Source of the DNA: Antedon mediterranea | Lineage: Eukaryota; Animalia; Echinodermata | Direction: 5' to 3' | DNA: 64,000 bases | Assembly: GCF_964355755.1 (NCBI RefSeq) | Contig: NC_092671.1 | Location: 6,510,001 to 6,574,000, forward strand | Shown here: piece after piece, positions 1 through 11,400 of the stretch | How the letters are laid out: each line of letters starts with the position of its first letter | Numbering within the stretch: position 1 is the first letter of the stretch | Notes under the pieces: generated by a model | What the model was told of the DNA's origin: nothing | Database searches by the model: none | The model's input: only the letters and a program-made list of their open reading frames with translations | Position numbers and translations under genes: made by a program

Positions 1-973
1 AACCACATAATAAATACAATGAGAAACAAAAGTAAATAATATTCTAAAATACAAGCCAATTCTTAGTAACGACCTCAACTAACAGGCGACTCTAATAAAA
101 AGGATTCTCTCTGAGGACTGCGACTATTACGTCAAACGGCACGTCTACCTAAACAGCCTCTGTATACTTTGTTAGAGTATACAAATACCTAATTAATTAC
201 CTACACAATTGCATCATAAGTGCCTGAATATTACTATTATATTACTAGAATAAATGCATGTTGGAATTTACTCACACTATTTGAATACTAAACTTAGTCT
301 ATTCATTGAATCAAGGAGTTATAATCTTAGGTTTGTGTAAAATATATACACAATAACAAATCCATGGGCGCAGCCATTTTGTATGACAAATAGAGGGCGC
401 ACTACATGACGATCTATCACGAGCATGGTAGCCTCGTGTATACAAATTAATCAAGTGTGAACTGTAGGATGAACTATTTTATACAAACTGTTAACTAGAA
501 ACTATCTTCTATAAACTAAACATTACTAAATCTATCTAAACATATTTTGTTAATACAAAGAAGGTTTATCACAAAAGTATATATTATAACATTATATGGC
601 ATAAAATCCTAGTTCAAAGATTGTAACACAATACTATTCAATAGGCTTCCTAACTGCACATTCCATGAGTCAAGGTTAACCCAAAACAAATGTCTAGGCC
701 TATGAATGCAATCATCTTAAAATACAACATTAATGTTTCTTAAACATAACAGAATCTTATAAATGTATAACAAAGTAATATATGTATAAAGTAGAGTAAT
801 TACCTTTTAATCAGATCTTTAATTAAGTAAGAGACAAAACTATCTGCTTCCTTGACCGGTTCATGAATACAAAAGAAAGAAAATCATTTGAAAAAGACTG
901 TTACAATTATAGGGGGCAGTAACACCTATAGGGGGCAGTATTTAATTATCACATGATTAGATTAATCCCCACA
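1..973 (-). repeat. 3' LTR (truncated by window start)
   Basis: Matches 1463-2435; begins TGTGGGG on - immediately after the PPT. Confidence 0.9.
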
Positions 974-1280
974 CTCCCCTGTTTAAGCTGAGTTTGTCCT
1001 CAAACTTAATATTATTCACAACAAGAAGAATCTTTTCAGCATTTTCAGAGTCAATGCCAGCATCATCAGGCCAGTCAGGGTAAACGTCCCCAGTACCATC
1101 GTCTTCAACAAAGGACTCTACACATTCCCCTTCGGCTCCCACAAAGTGTCTCATCTTCTTCTCTGGGAGAACATATACTGTGTTTCCATTACCATGGGCA
1201 GCACGCCTAGTTGCTTCTAGTTCGGCTCTTAGCTCATCAACCGTCCTCTGCACATCTCGCAACGATGCCTTGCTTGCCAT
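957..1280 (-). pseudogene. Truncated gag-like ORF (107 aa from ATG) reading through the PPT into the LTR
   Basis: The ATG is about 40 nt after the PBS. A coiled-coil-like N-terminus is followed by VYVLPEKKMRHFVG..ECVESFVED, which resembles the start of Gypsy/PNMA-type capsid domains. No pol motifs are present. Confidence 0.6.
974..984 (-). promoter_or_regulatory. Polypurine tract
   Basis: The - strand reads AAACAGGGGAG directly before the TG of the 3' LTR, preceded by TTTGAGGACAAA, a pattern typical of Gypsy 3' ends. Confidence 0.75.
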
Positions 1281-1317
1281 CACTGATCTCTAATGTTAAA
1301 GCCAAATACGATCCACG

Positions 1318-1335
1318 ATCCCACTTCTGACACCA
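1318..1335 (-). promoter_or_regulatory. Primer-binding site complementary to the tRNA-Leu 3' end
   Basis: The - strand reads TGGTGTCAGAAGTGGGAT, 3 nt from the LTR. The + strand ATCCCACTTCTGACACCA matches my recollection of the 3' end of animal tRNA-Leu (CAA/CAG) including CCA. Confidence 0.88.
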
Positions 1336-1338
1336 AAT

Positions 1339-2435
1339 TGTAAGGATGTGGACGACAACACAAAAGGAAAAACACGCCTTTTCTCACTTTTACCACGGTC
1401 CGGTGGTGTATTTGGTTTTAATTTGTTTTTAGCATAACAATAGAGATCAGTATGGTCCTGAAAACCACATAATAAATACAATGAGAAACAAAAGTAAATA
1501 ATATTCTAAAATACAAGCCAATTCTTAGTAACGACCTCAACTAACAGGCGACTCTAATAAAAAGGATTCTCTCTGAGGACTGCGACTATTACGTCAAACG
1601 GCACGTCTACCTAAACAGCCTCTGTATACTTTGTTAGAGTATACAAATACCTAATTAATTACCTACACAATTGCATCATAAGTGCCTGAATATTACTATT
1701 ATATTACTAGAATAAATGCATGTTGGAATTTACTCACACTATTTGAATACTAAACTTAGTCTATTCATTGAATCAAGGAGTTATAATCTTAGGTTTGTGT
1801 AAAATATATACACAATAACAAATCCATGGGCGCAGCCATTTTGTATGACAAATAGAGGGCGCACTACATGACGATCTATCACGAGCATGGTAGCCTCGTG
1901 TATACAAATTAATCAAGTGTGAACTGTAGGATGAACTATTTTATACAAACTGTTAACTAGAAACTATCTTCTATAAACTAAACATTACTAAATCTATCTA
2001 AACATATTTTGTTAATACAAAGAAGGTTTATCACAAAAGTATATATTATAACATTATATGGCATAAAATCCTAGTTCAAAGATTGTAACACAATACTATT
2101 CAATAGGCTTCCTAACTGCACATTCCATGAGTCAAGGTTAACCCAAAACAAATGTCTAGGCCTATGAATGCAATCATCTTAAAATACAACATTAATGTTT
2201 CTTAAACATAACAGAATCTTATAAATGTATAACAAAGTAATATATGTATAAAGTAGAGTAATTACCTTTTAATCAGATCTTTAATTAAGTAAGAGACAAA
2301 ACTATCTGCTTCCTTGACCGGTTCATGAATACAAAAGAAAGAAAATCATTTGAAAAAGACTGTTACAATTATAGGGGGCAGTAACACCTATAGGGGGCAG
2401 TATTTAATTATCACATGATTAGATTAATCCCCACA
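1339..2435 (-). repeat. 5' LTR, 1097 bp
   Basis: TG...CA termini. ATTAAA (- strand, 1422-1417) is followed by a GT-rich tract near its 3' end, as expected for R/U5. Confidence 0.9.
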
Positions 2436-2985
2436 TCTATATATGGGTCCATCACATTTTTTGTCACATAAACTTTTATAGTGTAGACAGAGCTTTAGCC
2501 ATGCATTTTATTTGTTAAAAGAGTATTCGTCAGTAATACTCATTACTCGTGCAACATTATTATACATAGGCTATATACGCTAAACGACAAAAGCCAATCC
2601 AAACTGTTAGCTAATTTTGTTCCATAAACATACAATTTGCCTAGTTTGTACATTACATAAAGATTATAGTGTAGAAACGAACAAGTTTTGTTACCTATTT
2701 CAAAATGTAATCAAGTATACTGTGTAAGTCTGCAATTTTGATAGAAATAAGCATTTGATCTATCAGTCCTAAGAACATTTTTTAAGTGCAAGGATTTAAA
2801 ATGCATAAAGGTGTAGGCAATCTGAAAGCGGGCACTAGATAAATTAAACGCCTCCCTTAAATTATATTGGCCGTTTCCACTGCCGAAGTGTTAAAGTCAA
2901 TATTACAGTATATATAGTTAAACACAATTGAACAAAATAGTTACCAATTACTTACGATACTTTGTCTATATTGTTTTTCATCTAG

Positions 2986-3176
2986 CTGACGGTTTGACCG
3001 TTGCTTTAGACGTCCATACAGATAAGTACACTCCAATAAGCGAGGGTAAACAAGTGCCATCGGATGTTGGAGTGAAAGTACAACTTCATAATGCAACGGA
3101 ACCACCTTATGTTTATGAACAAGGCGATACTATAGAGCCGGGGACGCACACACAGATAGGTTTCACAAGAGAAGAG
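2986..3176 (+). CDS. DEG/ENaC (ASIC/BASIC-like) channel, internal exon A
   Basis: tctag| acceptor and |gtaaac donor. Encodes DGLTVALDVHTDKY...VGVKVQLHNATEPPYVYEQGDTIEPGTHTQIGF, the palm/beta-ball pattern (cf. ASIC GIKVQIHSQDEPP...GFGVAPG). Confidence 0.9.
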
Positions 3177-3491
3177 GTAAACATATTTCCAAAGAATGTA
3201 TAGTAAATTAATATTAATTATATTAATTATTATATATTATTTTAATTATATCGAATTTGAATCCCTGTCAACGTAACGAAGACAGTCACGTGGTTTTTGA
3301 TCCGCCGACTGAACAAAATATCGTTGTTCTATTCCAACTATTCCATTGAGAAGAAAGTCAACTTTCAAAGCATGTCCAGATGAATGGTTATTCATACGTA
3401 GGCATCTAGTGTCTTGTTCTTAGCAATTTTAATTAATGTAGGCCTATCTTATTCTCATATTATCATTTTTTTCTTTAAAAAACCAAAACAG

Positions 3492-3708
3492 GTCATTGCT
3501 TTACCAGAACCATATGGAACATGCCACACATTAGGAGTAACTGAATACGGCTACTTCGAACATTTTAGTTATTCCGGGTGTCGTATTGAATGCGAAACAG
3601 AAGCTGTTCGTCAAAAGTGTGGTTGTAGGCTGGTAGAACAACCAAGTAAAAATTCAATTCCAGCAGTGTGTGCTATAGAGAAATATGAATGTGCTGTTCA
3701 AGAACTTG
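3492..3708 (+). CDS. DEG/ENaC channel, exon B (Cys-rich thumb)
   Basis: cag| acceptor and |gtgagt donor; phase 0 in, 1 out. LPEPYGTC...YSGCRIECETEAVRQKCGCR matches ASIC LPPPWGDC...CRIDCETRYLVENCNCR. Confidence 0.93.
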
Positions 3709-4569
3709 GTGAGTTCTCATAGGTGGATAAAGGTATAGACAAACTGTGAATTTGATACCCTTGCTTAAATTTTACAGCTTCAGTAAACTGCATAACGCAA
3801 ATAATAGATGGCCACAATTCGGCTCTGGTTTTATTGCGAAATGTAATGTCTTTCAATATATCAACTTCAATCAAATATTTGTAGTTCAACTATTATAGTC
3901 GGCCTAGTTCAAGCTAATTCAGCCTTTGATACATTTTTATTCATAAACCTATACATAGATGGTCTGCTAAGATATATCCTCGAGGGATATATTTTCTCAA
4001 AGTCCTAAAAGAGACTACTGTAAATTCACTAACTTGTGCGTCTATAGGGTCATAGCCATTGGCTCGGTATAAGGTGTAATCACAGCGCCCTCTATAAATC
4101 GATTTGGACAAAAATAGATCACCGCTGGTCTAATAATACTACTGTATAAAACAAATTTCGCTAGAAAATACAGTATAACGTTTTTCATTCTTGTGGAAGA
4201 TATTGTTTAATACTGAAAGTTGTAGAACCGCCTTTAAGAATAAAAATTAGCTATTATGCTTAGGATCGATTCAAATTATACGTGGGCTCAGTATGTTTAA
4301 TCTGTTCTGAATAAAATGAAATTGCGCCCTCTGTTGATCTGAACATAACAGGAATACATCTTTTTTTTCTGATTTTGTAATTTTGTAATTTTGTAGTTGT
4401 AATGTGTGGTATTTCCAATCTGCAGGGTCAAATGTCAAATCAGGGGTTATACTGATCGAATTAACTCATGTTTACATTATCATATGTGATTATAATAATT
4501 ATTTGTTTTTATCAGGGATGTTTTTAGAGCCTGTCTCACTGTTTTAACCATCTTTGATTTATTCAATAG

Positions 4570-4735
4570 ATAACTACACTTATGGACATTCAGATTTTGA
4601 ATGCAGTTGCCGACTACCATGTTCTTCGGTAGTCTATCCACTCACGTTGTCCTCGTCCAGACTTAATCCTAGCTTTATGAGTTATGATCTAAAGCAACGT
4701 TTCCAAGATGAAAAGTACAACGAATCGTATGTCAA
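4570..4735 (+). CDS. DEG/ENaC channel, exon C
   Basis: atag| acceptor and |gtaagt donor; phases are compatible. Encodes ECSCRLPCSSVVYPLTLSS (CxCxxPC motif). Confidence 0.9.
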
Positions 4736-4973
4736 GTAAGTAAACTATATAGATGGCGCTGTAGTATTTAAATTATAAATATGAATACAAATCCGATCTT
4801 GCAGAAAACCGTTTCAGAACGTAAGCTCCACCTGTATTGCGCCCCCTATATTCATAATAAGATATGATAATATGGCTCTGGGCGCCCTCTAACTGATTTT
4901 CAGAAAAGAAAAAGTTTTCGCACCCAAGCCTAACAGCACATACCTCACCATAACAAGTTTTTTTTTTTGCCAG

Positions 4974-5065
4974 AGCTAACATTATGAAGGTCAGTGTTTA
5001 TTACAACCAACTCAGCTATCAACGAGTTCTGCAAGTTCCTTCTCTTGACTTTTTCACTCTCTTAT
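4974..5065 (+). CDS. DEG/ENaC channel, exon D (not in ORF track)
   Basis: Poly-T then gccag| acceptor and |gtaagt donor. Encodes ANIMKVSVYYNQLSYQRVLQVPSLDFFTLL (pre-TM2). Confidence 0.9.
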
Positions 5066-5344
5066 GTAAGTATTTGTTATAATTTATAATTATTATATCT
5101 TTTTATTTTCTTCATTACAAACAAATTGTTTATGTAATGTTTTCATTGATTGATCCAAAATAAAAAATCCAACGGGCTATACTATCTGCAAAAAAATAAT
5201 TTCAGAGCTTCAAAATTTGCTACGTTTGATTAAAAACAAAGATTGTCTTCTTCGTTGATATATTTGTTTTTAAATCATAATAAACAGATGTAAACGAAAA
5301 CGTTTTAGCTTGATGTTTAAATTATAACTATTTTATTTACACAG

Positions 5345-5487
5345 CTCAAATTGGTGGTAGTATGGGATTATGTGTTGGGGCAAGTTTACTGTCAATGGTA
5401 CAATTGATCGATTTCTGTTTTGACGTCATTAAGGAGAAGGTCAGAGGTCGACTCATAAGGAAACGACAAAACATGGAGGACTTATGA
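5345..5487 (+). CDS. DEG/ENaC channel, last coding exon (TM2 with GAS motif; not in ORF track)
   Basis: acag| acceptor. Encodes SQIGGSMGLCVGASLLSMVQLIDFCFDVIKEKVRGRLIRKRQNMEDL, stop TGA at 5485-5487. Confidence 0.92.
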
Positions 5488-8400
5488 CATCAGATGGAAA
5501 ACATCGAGCTGTATTTAAGAAAGTGACTTTAAATGGAGCATACATTCAGGGCAAATTATTTAAAGCGCCCTTAACTGTCATCGTGTTGCATCGTGGTGTG
5601 TCTCATCGCAAGTCTGTAGTTGAATGTTTCTTGTGGCTCTGTGTTATATTTTGCAATAGTTTGAAAACAAAATACAACTGTCAAAGTTTTATTTTGTTTA
5701 AATTGAATTAGCAGTTAGCAGAAGGTGCTCAGAAGACATCATATAAGTTGCTACTCGTTACGCGATTGAGTAATACTGCCATCAACGGCTGCTGGTGAAA
5801 GAACGCACCCATCACTTTATCTCCATTTCATTGCTCGATGTTTTCATAAAAAAAATATTAGTTTAAAATAATATATTGATTAGCAATGTAATAATTTTGT
5901 ATTATACATATGTATTATGTTTTCGTTACAGTTGGAGTACTAGGCCTATGGCGTCAGTGTCCATGTCGGGGGCAATAGTGTAAAATAAACTATACCGTCT
6001 ATTGACTGGCATCATGGGATAAACCCCAGAACATCTATCAGAATAGTATTAAACATGTATTAAGATGTACATACGTAATAGATAGTAACAATATCTTATG
6101 CACAATTATGTATCTATATAATAATGTACCTACAAAGACTTGAATGTATAATATACATATGTCCTTAGTACGGTAACCTGCCATTTTTATTGGCCATTCT
6201 CAGTTCTCTAAAACTTTAATCCTTTAGTTCTTTTTCTATTTGTTTGTTTATATATCTTTTTTATTATTATTAGTGATTAGTTAGTTATCTTTAGTACCAA
6301 TTATAATTTTTCTCCGGGCATAATTGAGGTACCTTTCAAATAAACCTGTATGAATATTAAATTTAGCAACATATTTCCATGTTTCTACTTAAGATTATGA
6401 TATATAATTTTAACGTCCTGTGATAGTACTTTTTCTTTTATTCTAAAGTTATTTTAATATTTAATAATTTAAATAATCAGCAACGTTTTATATTCATTGA
6501 TGATAGACCCAAAAATAAACTTATTTTTCTGCAGTTACCGTACTGCAGTGTGTACAACTACAACGTATGTTTCAATGTGGTAGTTTATGAGGCAGTCACT
6601 GCAGTAAAAACAATGTGTTACCAAACAATCTTGCTAAATAATTACTGCTGTACTGCAGTTAAATTACGGTATAAAATGATTTAATATTTATTGTACAGCG
6701 ATGCTATAACATGTATATGAATGCGAGTATATAGAGTTTTAATTATTTAAAAATTTATCAGTTTTGTGTTTCGAATCATGATTAAGGTACGATGTAAAAC
6801 CAACAAAAGGTAACAGGTTTAAGTTTAATTCGATAACTAGCACAGATTGTAGCTTTTACAAATTCTATAATATTTAGATTATATAACCAGTTGAAATAAA
6901 TATCCCGTTCTTCCTGTAGGCCTATGTACAAAAAAATCGGCTGGGCCGATAACTCCTTTTGGGATGTATATTCCTGTCCAAAATATAGGCCTACTAATTT
7001 ACGCTAGCGTAGACCAGGCAACGCACATTTACACAGTACTTTAATAATAATTAAAAATTTGCTAAATAAATTAGATAAACATGAGTTTTAATTATCAATA
7101 TACTACAAAAAGACGTTAGTTTCTGAATACATTAAGCAATATATACTTCCCTGTAAACAAACAGTAAAACCATTAGTAAATTAATGAATTGTTTTAAAGA
7201 GTTGTAACTAGAATTGATATGTAATAGGTTGCCAAGAAATATGTACATTTATAACTAATTGTTAATGTTAATCATTGTACAAAGGGATATTCCTGCCTAC
7301 ACAAATTACTGAGGACATTTGATAATCGAGCGAATCTGTATGTATACCCCAATACATGGTCAGCATTATGTGGTGGAATAATATTATACCTTTAGACCAG
7401 CATTGTTCTCGGCTACAGCATTGCAGTGGTGGCACATGGATTTAACAATAGGCCTAGAGTATAATACAGTTGCTTTAAAACAGCAATTTTCAACATAATC
7501 ATATTAATAGTGAGCTGTGGATTTACAATGATATGTATAGCAAGATGTGAATTGCTGGTACAGTATTAAAGTCGATCGAAACAGCAAAAGCTCTAAAATG
7601 CTGTGATTAAAGTATATATACTGTACCTACTTCAATAATTAAGTTATCATTATTGATCAGTACAGCAGCCGTTTAACTCATCTTCACACTGCTGATATTG
7701 TCATTAGGGTAATTGATGGAGTCGAACCACCGCCCAGATCGTAGACCAATCGAGTTTTTAAAACGGGAAAGAACTGGCAATTCGTTAAAACAAAGCAAAC
7801 TTGCTAAAAATACAACCTACGCCTTTTTCAATATTGTAATCCTTGAGGGACGTATAGTGAAAGATCACTCATTTGATTGTAATTTATACATAATAAAGAT
7901 AATTGGATTAGTTTCAGATAATCTCGCCGCGCCGCATGTAAAAAACAGAGGCGTAAATAAAAATATAACCTCTGGACTTTTTAGCGTCTTGTTAATTAAT
8001 TGGTTATTCATTAAGGTAAAACAATCGTAATCTCCATAGACTGATTTTTTTTTTGTATTTTTCCATGCTTTGTTGTCATTACAATGTACTAACATTGAAT
8101 ATGTATTTATTAATAATAATATTTTTGTTGATATAATTAGTATTTTCAATATATCTATTGGTTACTGGTAATAACATTTTTACAACGCAATAAATAGTTT
8201 TAATGAAAGAGAATATTTTGTGTAAAAAAAACTTGTTGCAAGCCCAATGAACTATATAAAACTATGGCTTTATTTATCATAGAATACATTAATTGAATAC
8301 TAACTGAAAGAATTTTTTTTTTTTAATGTGTTTTCAACAGAAAACTTGAAAACGTCAATTATTAATTAATTTATAGGTTAAGGTTTATGTGTTAGTTTGT

Positions 8401-11400
8401 GTTCACACGGTGTTCTAACGAACCCTTCTTGGAGCTTTAATAACAGCGTAATTGCTCATAAACTGTCAATGAATTAACACGAGTGTTCAATCGACTAGGA
8501 TTTGAACTAATTAAGAAGCAATTTAAAATATATAAACTGTAACATTATTATAATTTTTGACTGCAGAAGAACTGATTGTGATATTAATCGTATTATTTTA
8601 TGGCAATTTAAAATAATAGTATGGTGCATGCAACATACGCAATAGTAGATGTATGTAAAATAACTGCAAATTATTTTTAAAAGTACTGTAGTTTATATGG
8701 TAAGTATTGTGTGTATAACCTTCCACTGGACATATAATGCCATAATCATTGTAGATAAAGAATATTAAGAATTATCCCATTGGACGCAAAGTTCGGATGG
8801 TTCATCGCGTCGTGATTGATCAAGTTACGATGCGGTATACGTCATTGCGTTGCGTAATTTTTTATAACAATGAGATGTTTGTTAAAATTGGTTATATAAA
8901 GGCAAACATTTTTTTTTTGCGTTTTAAAGGAAAGAGCATTTTGTCTTCAGGAAAATCAAAAGTATTTTAGATTAAAAAAAGACAATATTCTTTGAATTTT
9001 CTCTTCATTTATTATTGTTGTTAAATAAAAATTGTTGAAAATACAATGAACGATTTTGTTTTATTTACGTATTAATGTGTTTGTTTTGCATACTCCGTAA
9101 ACGCTCAGTCATCAGCACAAGAAAGACAGATGGATTCGGTTAGGACTGTCCGTCCGCCGGTCCGTCGACTTCAACCAGCATAACATAAGAAAAAACTATT
9201 GACTGGTTACAAAAATAATATTCACATTGATATAAAATGACATTTAAAAAAATTACGTTTAAAAACACTTTTATACCAAATATTTAGCCATACACCTACA
9301 CAAAACGGTATTGTTGTTTGATTGGTATGCAATGAATGGAGTAAATTAGCATACATGTGAAAACATATTGAATGGAGGTATTCAAGTTGAGGCACATGTA
9401 AGTACCAACAGACATAAAATCTTACAATATTACAATCTATAATAAAGGGTTATATGAATTCGTTGAACAGGGATTTTGCTTTCATCATCTATAAAGATAA
9501 ACAGTGGGTTTGTTGCGTACTTAACTAGACAGGGAAGAGAAATTATTCTACCTGGCTTAACCAATACCAGATTGTGTATACCGGCACAGGTCTTCCGGGG
9601 AAGCATGTCCTGTTCCACGCTTGACATTTAAGCTAGGCCTGCAAGGCATAATAAAGTTCGTCACAAATAAATAGAATAATTTCGTTATATAAAAAATCAA
9701 CCAGTTCTGAATCACTATCGACATTGTTAAAACTTTGAGGGTAACATTTCTAAATCAAAATGTGGAGGTTGAAACATTTGAGGGTTGATTGGCTTAGGCC
9801 TACAAATACATTGCGAGTTGATGTGGTGTAATAGCCTAATTTCTTCTTTTACATAATTACAATATTTGATATTAAAGTCATGCATGCCTGATCAAACTGA
9901 CTTACCGTACAACTAGCTTATGACATGTAATAGAAAACTTGTGTTTTTCTCTTCATTAGTCATTCTAGCAAATATGTTTACCATGATGAAAATATAGTAA
10001 TTACTTGTACGATGAATATCAAATCCTGTTAAAGATTAGCTTTCACAATCATAAATGGTTTTTAAAGGCCACTTTACGGACAACCATTTAAAAGGAGTAG
10101 ACTAGAAATGTATGTATGATATCCAATTGTTTTCTACTGTATTGGTAGTAATTAATAATTTGACCTATATTTTTTGGTTGAAATATTAATATAGTAGGCC
10201 TAAGCCTACCGACCAAACGTTAGTGACGTTTGGCGATCTAGTCATTAGGGTAACTTCCAAAAAAAGTCCAATATAAAGTGGTCCTTTTGCTACGACAATA
10301 ACAAGATCCTTCCCAGATATCTCCAAACGTTCACCACTAAATAATATGTTACGTTTTTTTTCTATTTGTAACGAGGATAAGTGGAGCATTATAGACTTAT
10401 TGTGCCGCTACCATTCAGTCTTTGGTATTGAAAAGTTAATAACTCTTCCCTACTATAATTAATGTTTTCCTTTTTTGTGTCCTAGTATATTAAGAACACA
10501 ATAACTAATTTGGTGAATTGCTTAAACAGTGATAACGGATTAATAGATAGACTTGGCCTCGGGATCCCGGTGTAAGATATTAAAAATTGACCGAAATAGT
10601 TTAGGCCTGATGATGAGCCAGTGCTGCTGATGTTGCTAGTGATTTAAACACACTTTCGATGAACGAGTAGAGCTGTTTATTCAATTCAATCGTTTTCTTG
10701 ATTACCCTGTTTGATGATGATGACTGTTTTTGATATCCTTACTCTCTGTGTAATCATCATCCCATACATTGTAACAATCATTCGCCTTGTAGCTTTACCA
10801 AAGGCTACATTAACTTTGAAAAATCAGTATACATTTTTATTCAGCTTTTTGGAATTTAACCATTTTGAAATATCAATATCAATGTTTTTCTATAGGATTA
10901 TACAGGCATCAGCAACACTACTAATGGGTACAAGTGACTTATTTTCGATGAAAATGGGTAAGTTTGCAAACAAATTATTTACACAGGTAGACTCTGTAAC
11001 CGATAATAAAAATTATTATTAAGAATATAAACACACTTTTCATAATACTTTATTACAAGTAAAATTTAATCTTGTATTCTGAAAAGGTTACGTGTGTCAG
11101 CCGATATACGATAAAGAAATATATTTTGATGTTTTGCTACAATTTCATTGGCTGTAATTCTTACGATACTGTATACGGTGCTTATTCATAATTTCCACCA
11201 TTCTATCATCTATTGAATCATGACTTGCCTCTCGTTATTTGGAGTCAGTTTTATACTATGTTATTTAAACATAATCAGTACATCTATTGGCCATCAATAC
11301 AACTATAGTTGTTTAACTTATATGTTTTATTTTTAGAAACGTTGTACCTAGATATATACGGCTTTATTACAAGACTGTGATTTTAAATTAGTTTACAATT

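Larger units (their letters stand above)
1..2435 (-). mobile_element. Non-autonomous Ty3/Gypsy-type LTR retrotransposon (5' LTR 2435-1339, interior 1338-974, 3' LTR 973 to window edge)
   Basis: 1-973 recurs at 1463-2435 (offset 1462) with no difference seen by eye. The full LTR 1339-2435 has TG...CA ends (TGTGG...TTACA on -). The PBS lies next to the 5' LTR, the PPT next to the 3' LTR, and a gag-like ORF lies between them. Confidence 0.92.

Noticed and set aside
1030-1072. Hammerhead in the LTR element interior (CTGATGA...GAAA on -), which would make it a retrozyme
   Set aside because: No stem II closes directly between the boxes, and there is no convincing stem I or III.
1318-1335. tRNA-Leu fragment
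   Set aside because: Only the 3' 18 nt including CCA are present, adjacent to an LTR, so it is a primer-binding site.
5484-5711. 75-aa ORF after the channel gene
   Set aside because: It overlaps the channel stop codon in another frame, lies in the presumed 3' UTR and has no recognisable domain.
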